The translations under genes and the position numbers were made by a program. This document shows, in pieces, positions 49,854 through 60,644 of a stretch of 64,000 nt of DNA. The DNA is taken from contig NC_087263.1 of assembly GCF_037042905.1 (NCBI RefSeq), positions 12,154,001 to 12,218,000 on the forward strand, in the 5' to 3' direction. Below the pieces are notes generated by a model. It was not told the origin of the DNA. It saw only the letters and a list, made by a program, of their open reading frames with translations, and searched no databases. This DNA comes from Lytechinus pictus (Eukaryota). Every line of letters starts with the position of its first letter. The first letter of the stretch is position 1.

Positions 49854-50163
49854 AATAAAACACATTTTGGGGGAATTTCACATGACCAAAGACAGGTTTA
49901 TTAAGTGATAATGGAGGGGTACCTCACCCTAAAATCAAGTTGAATTATTCGAAATTAAAACAAGCAGTTCAACTGTTATCAAGCGAGGAAAAGCTCATTT
50001 GTTTTATTAGGATATTTTGAAATGTCATTTTGCAGATTGGAGATAAGTTTGAAAAACTGATTATTGACCTACTTTTTACAATTTCTTGAGATTTTTCCAA
50101 AGTCATTTTGCAGCAGTGCAAAAAAAAATTTCATGGAGGCTGGGGGCAATTTTTGCCCCTCAA

Positions 50164-50546
50164 GGCGGTGTTGCACCAGCCCGAGTTTGCTCAATCTCAA
50201 GATTTTAGCCCGATCGGCCCTCTTTGTGATTTAATCTCGAGATTCAAGAAACCCTGTCTCCACCATCGCAAGAAGAGCGATTCCTGCTCGAGCGAGGTAT
50301 CGATGCATTATGGTCTGACGCCGTGAATAAATAATCCCGAGTGCGTCTGCACCAGCGTAAAATAGCGCGCTTATTTTGCAAATAATCCCCAAGTTGAATT
50401 GGGATTGCATATCGAGATTAATCCAGTGAACTAGCGCGATAATTGGGTCTCCGTTACAAATAATCTCGAGATTGTTCAGATTGGGATAATTTGCTGGATC
50501 AGAAATTGCGCGCTAATTTGAAAACTCGGGCTGGTGCAGAAGGCCC
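50164..50546 (+). mobile_element. MITE family D (inverse copies 56798-57193 and 60252-60644)
   Basis: Roughly 390-bp highly similar copies rich in AATCTCGAGATT palindromes; ends TGCACCAGCCCGAGTTT / AAACTCGGGCTGGTGCA. Confidence 0.9.
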
Positions 50547-51052
50547 TTTAGTTCCTAAAAGGATTCCTGGGTTAAGCTGCAGATTAATAGGCAGTAGGGT
50601 GTTTAAAAGTAGTATCCAAAATAAAATACATGTATAAAACAAATTTAACTGTTTTAAAACAAAATATATAGTCCTACCTGTCACTTACATGTACAGTACT
50701 TCCTTTATCGGGTGTTTTGTTGATTTACTGGGTCAGATAAGGTTTTATCTTATTATCACAAGGCTTTCCATTCAGGATTGGTTATGTTATGTGACAGTGC
50801 ACATGACCTTTTCATCTTCCTGTCCTGTTCTGGAGGTAAACTGTATACCAGGTTCAGTCATTCTTCCACTTCTGATTGAAGCATTTCAATATACACATAG
50901 TCAGTAATTTTGACCGACATCTGTTACAAGCTACTGAAATCCCTGCATCTGATTGGCTCAGAACAAATAAGTCAATGAAAATCATGGACATTCTGCTCCA
51001 GGAAACACTCCCTTGGTCATTGCCATTGTCTTCACAAAATTACTAATGGTCT

Positions 51053-51315
51053 GGGCCCTATTTTACAAAGAGCTACGATTGATCCAATCAATCGAACTCT
51101 ATGGAAATCCATCAGTGTCATAAATTTGTCTACAGGAAATTTGCCAAATGTCCTTTGTAAAGAAAGGAGAACACACCAAATTTTCAAGAAATCAATGAAT
51201 TTATGGATATACATTCATATCTAGAATTTCTTTTGAACAAACATGTATTTTATATATTGACTTTGCTGGCTTTCCATAGTTGCGATTGATCGCAACTCTT
51301 TGTAAGACAGGCCCC
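51053..51315. mobile_element. MITE family C, inverted copy
   Basis: Reverse complement of the 48596 body. Confidence 0.88.
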
Positions 51316-51416
51316 TGCTATTACATTTCCATCTTTGTTTTACCAATGGTTCTGCCAAAGAGCCTTTTAAATTGCAATCTTTAGGGTTTTGTGTTTTCAT
51401 TCTTATGTTTTGACAG

Positions 51417-51440
51417 ACGTTTATTGAATGCAGCCTGTAA
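51417..51440 (+). CDS. Candidate terminal coding exon (TFIECSL*)
   Basis: Strong pyrimidine tract ..TTTTCATTCTTATGTTTTGACAG|; phase 0 fits exon 17 to give CSNCKRTF; AATAAA motifs at about 51728-51786. Confidence 0.45.
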   Translation, partial: TFIECSL

Positions 51441-52405
51441 AAAGGTGTAGATCGATTTTGATGATGACAAACATCATTCATTCTATTCAGAAGTTAAACT
51501 ATAGTGTTATGTGAATGCAGCCAGTAATTATGGTGCATGTTTTCTAATTGTTAGTAGTATTTATTCAGCAGTGAAAAGTACACCAAGGAAATTGATACAA
51601 TGTTATACAACCCAGTAATGAACATAACAGAATATAGATGGTGCACCCAGTGCCACTGCCAGGGTCAAAAAGTTAACTGAATAACTTAATACTTTAGTCA
51701 AGAGAAAACCAGACACACATACAAGAGAATAAAGTCATATTAAGTTATGAGCAAAAAATAAATAAATAAAACGAAAATGAAATAAAAGTTACGATAACAA
51801 GGATCAGTACAAAAATTTGAAATACATTTTAGAATATGATAAAATGTGAATGCTGCCAGTAAGATGCATACTCTGATGATAAATAATAAATATCCATACT
51901 GAAACTCTAAAACAAAATTGATTTTAAGTGTGAACGCATTCAATATTTAGAGGTGCATGTTGTAATGATGACTTATCCATATCGTACTGAAAATTAATCG
52001 GGATTAGTATTAAGTGTGGATGCAGCCATTATAGTGGTGTTTGGATGATAAACATTTGTTTTAGAAGTTTAAATAGATTAGTGTAAAGTGAATGCAGCCA
52101 GTGCAGTGGTGTTATGATGAAGAAAAGCATCCATGCTAAAACTTAATTATTATGATTTGATGAGTGATGACAAACATCAAAACTAAATGTTAAACTGGAT
52201 TTTAGTGTAAAGTGTGAATGCAGCAAGTACAGTGGTGCATTGATGAAGAAAAACATCCACACTAAAAATTATTAAAGCGTGATTAGTATCGAGTGTGGAT
52301 GCAGCCAGTACAGTGGTGTTTTGATGACAATAAACATCAAAACTAAAAGTTAAACTGGATTAGTGCAAAGTGTGAATGCAGCCAGCCAGTGGTGTTTTGA
52401 TGATG
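51425..52405. repeat. Degenerate roughly 75-bp tandem repeats (GTG.ATGCAGCCAGT..GTGGTG..TGATGA..AAACATC)
   Basis: Copies near 51425, 51510, 51930, 52015, 52088, 52214, 52293, 52372. Confidence 0.75.
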
Positions 52406-52808
52406 ATCCCATGTGGTATGTATATTACCTGGGAAGTGACTCCCCAATACAATACTAATCAGTAGTCTTTCAATTCAGACATTAATAGTAAGGTTGAAAT
52501 GTTTTCTTTTGTATACTAGTATTTCATTTCTTTCCAGGAATACAATCATGACAATAAAAAGATTAGCACAATGATAACAATGACCAGTACAATACATACA
52601 AATTACAATAAATGACAAAAGAGTAAGAAAAACATTTACCAGCTGTAAATGCCTGGGGATTATCAAAAGATATCAATTGTATGTTTTAAGAATCCTTATT
52701 TGAAGCTGGTGATTAAAAAAAAAAGAATATGTAAGTGGTCCTGGCATTAATATGAAGGCTTAAGGGATTTTTGTTTGTGTGTGTGGGTTTTATTTTATTA
52801 TTACAGCT

Positions 52809-53323
52809 CCGGGGGGGGGGGGGGGGGGGGGGGGGGTTACACGACCAAAAAAGTGGTACAGGTATGTGCCGTGGGCGAGACAAAAAAGGGGGCTTTGGAG
52901 CGGGCATATTGTAAAAAGGAGGGTTCTCGGAACAGGCTTCGGAACTGCAAACGTTTGTGAAAACGGGGGTCCTTGGAACAGGTCGCCTGCGTGCATATGC
53001 ATCCCCAACTAGGATCCATGGCATCCCTATTGATCGGGCATACGTGCATGCAGCTAGCTCAGCGGCACTGGCGCCGGGTGCGCTCACGCAGAGGCGATAA
53101 TCGGGCCGCTTTTCACCAAACTTGCAGCTCATTGTAGCGGATCAATGCGGCCGGAATGGCGTAACGAAGAAAATGCTATGCTTTGGAGCGGCTTTCTTTG
53201 TTCTTTTTCTCAATAAGATAAAAATTTGATGCCTTGGAACGGAAAATTTAGTGTAAAAATGGGGGTCCCCTCCGCGTCACATACCCACCACTGATTACAT
53301 ACTGAGTGCCCCCCCACCCCGGG
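52809..53323. mobile_element. GC-rich non-autonomous element with CCGGGG.. / ..CCCCGGG termini and near-perfect 7-bp TSD
   Basis: TACAGCT|CCGGGGG..GGTATGTG ... CACATACC..CCCCGGG|TTCAGCT. Confidence 0.75.
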
Positions 53324-53640
53324 TTCAGCTCAAAAGATTGGATGTAACCCAGGCAACTGAAAATGGAGACACAATTGAGAACATATTTTAGCTGGAGCAT
53401 AGTGAATTTAATAAACATTCATGTACGCCTGAGTCTGACTTAAATCAATAGTGAATCACTGAATCTCAACTAAAATCAAGTTTAATTGAAACATTTCAAC
53501 TTTTTAAAGAAGTATACCTGCAACCTTGACTGTTAGTGTTACAAAACCCTTTAAAAAAAATTATTTTCAAGTTGCAATAAAAAAAATTTTGATGATGATA
53601 TATAAGTATTATTTCTTCATTGCTGTTGTGTGCTTCTTAA

Positions 53641-54223
53641 AGGAGAATGAAACCCTTGAAACCAGCTGAATCCATATCAAAGAGAAAAATCAAAGGAACA
53701 CATTGTTGAAAGTTTGAGGAAGATTGAATGAATAATAAGAAAGTTATGAGCATTTGAATATTGAGATCACTAGTGCCATGTAGATCCTCCCATCGGCAAT
53801 GCGACCAAGATCTGTGATATCACACACGTACAACTCCCTCATTACTTTAGTACTTATTTCACTTATATTCTCACTTTTATAGAGTCTATCACAAGGTGAG
53901 GTGTTCTCTTTATGAGATGACAAGTACAGAGGTTTCACAACATTATATCATTGATGAATCGTTTGTCATATGATTAGAATGAGCAAAAAGAAATGTTTTG
54001 GGGTATATTTTCAGTGTCCAAATGGGAGAGTTGTACGTGTGTGACATCACAGATCTTGGTCGCATTGCCAATGGGAGGATCTACATGGCACTAGTGATCT
54101 CAATATTCAAATGCTCATAACTTTCTTATTATTCATTCAATCTTCCTCAAACTTTCAACAATGTGTTCCTTTGATTTTTCTCTTTGATATGGATTCAGCT
54201 GGTTTCAAGGGTTTCATTCTCCT
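53641..54223. mobile_element. Young 583-bp foldback element with about 200-bp TIRs and TTAA TSD (Kolobok-like)
   Basis: TTAA|AGGAGAATGAAACCCTTG ... CAAGGGTTTCATTCTCCT|TTAA; arms 53641-53843 and 54021-54223 differ at about 4 positions. Confidence 0.93.
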
Positions 54224-54650
54224 TTAATGATAATTTTCAATACCATCATGCACTTGAAGGTTTTCTTTGTTTTTCTGTCTGAGACACCAAGTAATGACTG
54301 TGCATGTCTTTCACACAACAAGGATGTTTGCTATTCAAACAGTGGATATCTATAGAGTTTGTATATATAGACTAAATACCAGGTTTTTTGTTTCCTGGTT
54401 AGTCTTATAAATCAAACACCTTTAGAAATGATGGTGTTGTCGTCTGGATCAGTATGTTCTATTATACATAAAACATTTCCTGTTTTTTGCTCTACATGTA
54501 TAGCTCTAGCAAAAAACCCAGGAAATTTGGGCATTTATTTATGTTTTTTCTCCTTGGCCTTAATTGGAGGTCAAGAGCATGAAAGAAACTGATAAGACAT
54601 GGCAGGACAAAATTATTTTCCACTTTTATTTAATAGTGCTTTTTAATCTG

Positions 54651-55098
54651 AGAGCGAAGTTGGCTCAGTCGGTAAAGTGTCTGCCCGTCGAACCAAAGTT
54701 CGTGGGTTCGAGTCCACCCCGGGCGGATGACTGAAGCCAGTGCGTTGTGTGTAAATGCCTCTCCCCTGTACATACATGTAGATCAGATGCAGGCTATGTT
54801 ACAGTGGAAAACACTCCGTCCCTCGGATAGGACGTTAAATGGAGGCCCCATGTAGAGGAGAGCTACCGACTTTGCACGCTAAGAATCCACTGCACTATTC
54901 GAATAAGAGTAGGGGGAAACCCCGGTGTAGTGGTCCACCTGCATTCCCCCACCATATCGGGAGGAGAGACCTGCGGGTCACAGTTCGGTGTGTGCGCCCT
55001 TCTAGGCGACCGAGATTGGCTGGCTCCTCCAAAAATGCGCCTTTGAATGTCTTTGACAGATATATGGCGCTATACAAGTGCTGTGCATCATCATCATC
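54651..55098 (+). mobile_element. Deu-domain SINE (DeuSINE/Nin-type): tRNA head, Deu domain, L2-like tail
   Basis: A box TGGCTCAGTCGG, B box GGTTCGAGTCC; central TCGGATAGGACGTTAAATGGAGGCCCC..AAGAATCCACTGCACTATTCGAATAAGAGTAGGGG..CCCCGGTGT matches my recollection of the Deu core; GGCGCTATACAAG..(CAT)n end. Confidence 0.82.
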
Positions 55099-55099
55099 T

Positions 55100-55335
55100 G
55101 AACAGCTTGAAGTGCTTTACTAATAGGACTACTATTACCCCAGTCTTTGGATTGTAGATGGCCCACATGTTTAGTGTATGCACAATCTCCACTCCCTGGG
55201 GAGTATTCCAGCAATGAGAATTCAATACGATCTGCCAATAACATTGATGTTCGCAATCTACCATGTACCCATTTAACACCTGGATGGAGAGTGGCAAAGT
55301 TTTGATTGGTGCTTTGCCAAAGGACATTGCCAAGC
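55100..55335 (-). mobile_element. Headless or degraded SINE core (family 1-like)
   Basis: Reverse complement CCTTTGGCAAAGCA..CACTCTCCATCCAGGTGTTAAATGGGTAC. Confidence 0.65.
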
Positions 55336-56249
55336 AGCAAAGTTCAGTAACGTTTGTGTTTGAAGTCAAATGATGTGATACATCATGGAGTTTAGGAGAC
55401 ATTTTCTTGTTCAAGTCTGTTTCACTTGCAAATTAGCTCAATGATGCAGCTCACTCGATTGATGGTGATATTGCACGAAAAGAAAATTGTTGAAGTCTAC
55501 TCAGGGTTTTAATCTTTAGACAATTTGACCGTCGTCACAAATTAATAATTCACGTAATAATGTTCCGTTTTATTTCATTGGAATGATGTATGAAATCTCT
55601 AAAAGCACTTTTCAGATATCACCCCTCTGGTCATTGGATCTTGGCTTGGGTCTGATGTGCGTAGACTACAGTGTAATAGTTGGTCTCACTTTTCAAGTTG
55701 AGGCTGACTTCAAAACCACTTCAGGATATCAACACACACTGCACACACAGTCCTAAATCATCCCAGTATTCTTAGGAAGGGACTATTCCATGCTATTACC
55801 TGCATGCATGGGTTTTGTATCAACGGGATTAGTCATTGTTGAGCGCAATATAAAATAATAACCCATGAAGGGATTATTGAGGAATATGCATTGATTTTTT
55901 GTATACAATAGCAGCTTGTACTGTGTGATTGGTATTGTTCCTTGGAGGAGAGGATTTTTGCATGCTTGTTGATGTCTAAACTTGGAATTTGGATAAATAA
56001 ACACTTGTTGATTTCACCTGAGCTGAGTCTGATCTGACTGATTCGGCTTTTGGCCCGGTACTGGTAGCTAGCCCACAGTCGGATGGTCTGATCAAGGAAT
56101 TACTATTTATGAGTTAGCCTCCTTCAGCATGCTATTGCTTGCATTATCACTTGGTAAGTTTATACAATGAATTTTCTATTTCTACTTGTTAGGTTGCCGA
56201 TACTAGATGCACTTGCTGAATGTGAATGGTATGATATGATGTGATCTTG

Positions 56250-56702
56250 GAGGCTGTTTTCACTACGTTCCTAAAACTAGTTTAGTGGAAACTAGTTTAA
56301 TGTGTAGTGAGAACGGTCAAAGCGGTCTTGGTTGGAAGCGATCTTCCAAACCAGTTTTGAAAACCACCTCGCGATGTAGTTTTCAAGATCGCTTTGCCTC
56401 GTTAAACTGGTTTTAGCGTAAGTGAGGACACAACCGTTCTTCGGGAAGCGATCTTCGCACATTATGAGCACGCTACTCCACACGACAGGTGTAGAATGCG
56501 TATGCTGCGGTTTCGAATTTCGCGCGAAACGTGTCACCCTGCTGAGAGCGTTTACACAGCAACAAGAGCGCTTTACGTGAAGTGATTTTGAAAACCACTT
56601 TCATGTGATCAAGTGGGAACGCTCGCAAAGCGATCTTTCAAAGTGGTTTCCTGAATCGGTTTCCAGTAAACTAGTTTTAGAAAGCGTAATGAGAATGGCC
56701 TC
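56250..56702. mobile_element. MITE family E (inverse copy 63369-63887)
   Basis: GAGGC.GTTTTCACTACGTTCCTAAAACTAGTTTA / TAAACTAGTTTTAGAAAGCGTAATGAGAATGGCCTC; body collinear with the reverse complement of the 63430-63880 region. Confidence 0.85.
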
Positions 56703-56797
56703 TTGGTCATGAATTTGTAGTTCTCCATTGATCAGTATCAGCCTGGATTGCTCAATCTCAGAATTTTAGCCTGATTATCCTTCTACAAGATAAGATT

Positions 56798-57193
56798 AGG
56801 GCTGTCTGCATGCGCCCGAGTTTTCAAATTAGCGCGCTATTTCTGACCCGGCAAATTATCCCAATCTGAACAATCTCGAGATTATTTGTAATGGAGACGC
56901 AATTATCGCGCTAGTTCGCTGGATTAATCTCGAGATTGCAATCCCAAGTCAACTTGGGATTATTTGCAAAATAGCACACTATTTACGAATCATCCCGCTA
57001 ATTCGCAGGTGCAGACACACTCAGGATTATTTATTCACGGTGTCAGACCAGAATGCATCGATGCCTCGCTCGAGTAGGAATCGCTCTTGCGATGGTGGAG
57101 ACGGGGTTTCTTGAATCTCGAGATTAATCGCGAAGAGAGCCGATCGGGATAAAATATCGAGATTGAGCAAACTCTGGCTGGTGCAGCACCTCC
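56798..57193 (-). mobile_element. MITE family D
   Basis: Reverse complement of 50164-50546. Confidence 0.9.
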
Positions 57194-58626
57194 TGTTGAG
57201 AACAATATTTTGATGACCCCCCTATCATGCCCATCTCCATATTCTCAAGTGGTAGGGGGGGTTATGTAGTGTGAATGGAATGTAATGGGCAATTGTCTTT
57301 TTTGGGGGAGCTACATTTTACAACCTACTAATACTGCCTAAAATAAAAAATAATAAATTCTGCAACATTGGAGCATTCTCCATGATTGGAGAAGCTTTAA
57401 CATTGCAGTGAAGGGGAATTTCCAGGGCTTTTTTTTTTTTGGGGGGGGTTCCAGGGTTCTTTTGAGCACTTCAAGGGCAAAATTGCCCCAAGCCCCCGTG
57501 TAATTTTCCCCATGGAATATTTTCATTTTTCATATCATTTATTTGACCATTTAAAATCAACATAGTACATGAACATCATAAAATAAGTATCATACAAATC
57601 AATCATTGACAAACAAGATAACAATTCAAAAATGGCCAGGACCCAAAAAGAAGCAAAACTGCTTGTAAACTGGGCCCTACATTAAAATATGACAGTGTAG
57701 TTTTTAAGAGGAGATTTTACATTAGATTACAGATGGCTAGGGATTGCATCCTGAATCAAAATAATTTGAGCAAGCTCGTACACCTAGATCTTCCCTTGCA
57801 AATGTGCTACCGGTAGTTATAATCCATTATTTTAACCGCATTAATAACCTATACGTCATAATTGGCCCATGCCTTCCAATGTGTTCAAGGCGTGTGTGGG
57901 CAGTACGATCGACTGTCGTTACAATGATGTGATTGAAATCAAGACCAAACTCTTTATTGCTTGACATACAGTGTACGATCAGTTTTTTTTAAGTTACTGG
58001 TACAACAAACATGTGATAGGGAGAGTTTTCCCTGACATCATTTGGTTTCGAGTAAAAGAAGACAAATGAGAGATAAATGGAAGTTTAGGCACAAATGCAT
58101 TGACAAAGAAAAACAAAATTAAAGATTTTTATGTTTTTTAAAATCTTTGTGATGTCTCGCGCCATTCCAATTCATTACAAGATCAAGAAAATTAATTGTG
58201 AGATTTTTTTTATTAAACTTGAAAAAGAACTCATCCTGAGCTTGAAAATGACATACAAATTGTCAAAATTACCCATACAAGTACCTGGTTGAATGCAGAA
58301 GAAATTCCATGTGAGCTTTAAGGAATAAGAAGATAATCAGGATTAAAGCTGTGGGTTTTTAACTCAAGCATGAGATTCGTGCACTATGGGTAAAATAAAC
58401 ATGGGGGCTCGGGGCAATTTTGCTCCCAAAAATGCCCAAAAGAGCCCTGGAAAGGAAAAAGCCCCATTCACTGCAATGTAAAAGCTTATCAAATGTTGCA
58501 GATTCAGGCAGTAAGCTGTTAAAAGAAGCCCCCGAACATTAAGTATTAATTTTTGCCTGTTGCACACAGGACACTGTGCAATCTCAATGAACCTTCCATG
58601 CAGTCTGGAAAAAAAAGTGATGTTAA

Positions 58627-59220
58627 AGGGATGGTCCGGGCTGAAAGTATTTATAGCTTAATAAATAGAGTAGAATTTACTGAGCAAAATGCCGAAAATT
58701 TCATCAATATCAGATAACAAATAACAAAGTTATTGAATTGTAAAGTTAAGCAATATTTTGTAAAAACAGTCATCATGAATATTTATTAGGTGGGCCGATG
58801 ATGTCATATCCCCCACTTGTTCTTTTGTATTTTATTATATGAAATTAGGTTTATTCAAAAATTTTCTACCAAGAACTAAAACAATTGGACTGACAACCAA
58901 ACAAGTGCATCAGTTATTTATAGTGCAACTTCCTTCATCATAATGGAGACACATCATTTACACATGTATGAAAAAAATGAAACAATTATGATTTCATGTA
59001 ATAAGATAAGAAAAAAGAAAATTGGGATGTGACATCATCAGCCCACCTAATGAATATTCATGATGGCGTGCATATAACTGTTTTCACAAAATATTGCTAA
59101 ACTTTAAAATTCAATAACTTCATTATTTGGTATCCAATTTTGATGAATTTTTCAGCATTTTGCTCTGTGAATTTTACTCTATTTATTAAGATATAAATAT
59201 TTTCAGCCCAGAGCATCCCT
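58627..59220. mobile_element. TTAA-flanked foldback element (Kolobok-like)
   Basis: TTAA|AGGGATGGTCCGGGCTGAAA ... TTTCAGCCCAGAGCATCCCT|TTAA; long imperfect arms. Confidence 0.88.
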
Positions 59221-60251
59221 TTAAAGCTTATCCAATGTTTGCAAATTTAGGCAGTAAGCGTAAAAAAGAAGCCCCCGAAAGTAAAGTATAAATTTATTGC
59301 CGGTTGCACACTGCACACTGTGCAATCTCAATAAATTGTCAAAATTGATCAACGACATTACCCATATGAGTACCTGGTTGAATGCAGTCTGGAAAAAAAA
59401 AGTGATGTTATTTTAAAGAAAACATTGCCTCTTGTCTTTTATTCAATTTTTACAAAGTTCTTCAAAAGGATGACGGTATAATAAAAGAAGAAGAATTACT
59501 CTTTCAGATAATATTTTCTTAATTTTTACTTTTTAAAGACCAAATTACTATTTTGGCCATGTACAGAGAACTTTCCCTGATGACTTATTGGTGGTTTGGG
59601 GTGACACTCTTTGTGCCCTAAATTAAGAAATCAAAATGTGTTTTATTGGATAAATTATGTGATTTTTGCAGGACATCCATTTTGATTAGATGTGCTACAT
59701 GTACTTATCAAGCATCAAATGCGTAAACAAAAATTCAGGATGTAATCATCATCTGTAGCTTTCTGAATCTGATTCCAGTCACAAAATTAGCATGATAAAT
59801 GCCCAAAATGTTCATATTTATAACAAAATAAAAACATTGCCAAGAGAAGGTGCCGGATACTAAGTACTGAGCAGTTTAAAATTCTAAGTTTCACTAAGAA
59901 ATGACAGTCAATGGCCATTACACTTTTGTCAGACAGTACCCCACTAAAATTTACATTATTGACCCTAAACAGGATTTTACTGTCGTTAAAGTCAATTCTA
60001 AAATTTCTGTTATTAAGAAAATGTAATAAAATGACATGTTTGCAGGTTGTCTATGTGGTTCTTTGTTGGGATGTACCACATAGAATTTCCCTTTTTTTTC
60101 CCAGTGAGAATATGGAATACATATGAAGCAAGGTACATTGTACTCTACTAATTAAACTTGGCAGATGGATAGCTGCCTTATGAACATCCATGTGATTGCG
60201 ATCACCACATATTAGGGGATTTCCCTTATAATATTTCAAAGAAGCGTGAAT

Positions 60252-60644
60252 CAGCCCGAGTTTTCAAATTAGCACGCTACTTCTGATCTGGCAAATTTTC
60301 CCGATCTGAATAATCTCGAGATTATTTGTAATGGAGACGCAATTATTGCGCTAGTTCGTAGGATTAATCTCGAGATTGCAATCCCAAGTCAACTTGGGAT
60401 TATTTGCAAAATAGCGCGTTTTTTACGAATTATCCCGCTAATTCGCAGGTGCAGATGCACTCGGGATTATTTATCCACGGCGTCAAACCATAATCCATCG
60501 ATGCCTCGCTCGAGCAGGTATTGCTCTTCTTGCGAGTTGCGATGGTGGTGACGGGGTTTCTTGAATCTCGAGATTAATCACGAATAAGGCCAATCGGCCT
60601 AAAATCTCGAGATTGAGCAAACTCAGGCTAGTGCAGCACCGCCT
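60252..60644 (-). mobile_element. MITE family D
   Basis: Near-identical to 56810-57193. Confidence 0.9.

Noticed and set aside
52713..53132. Overlapping 60-139-aa ORFs
   Set aside because: They arise from the GC-rich non-autonomous element and poly-G run; no transposase motifs
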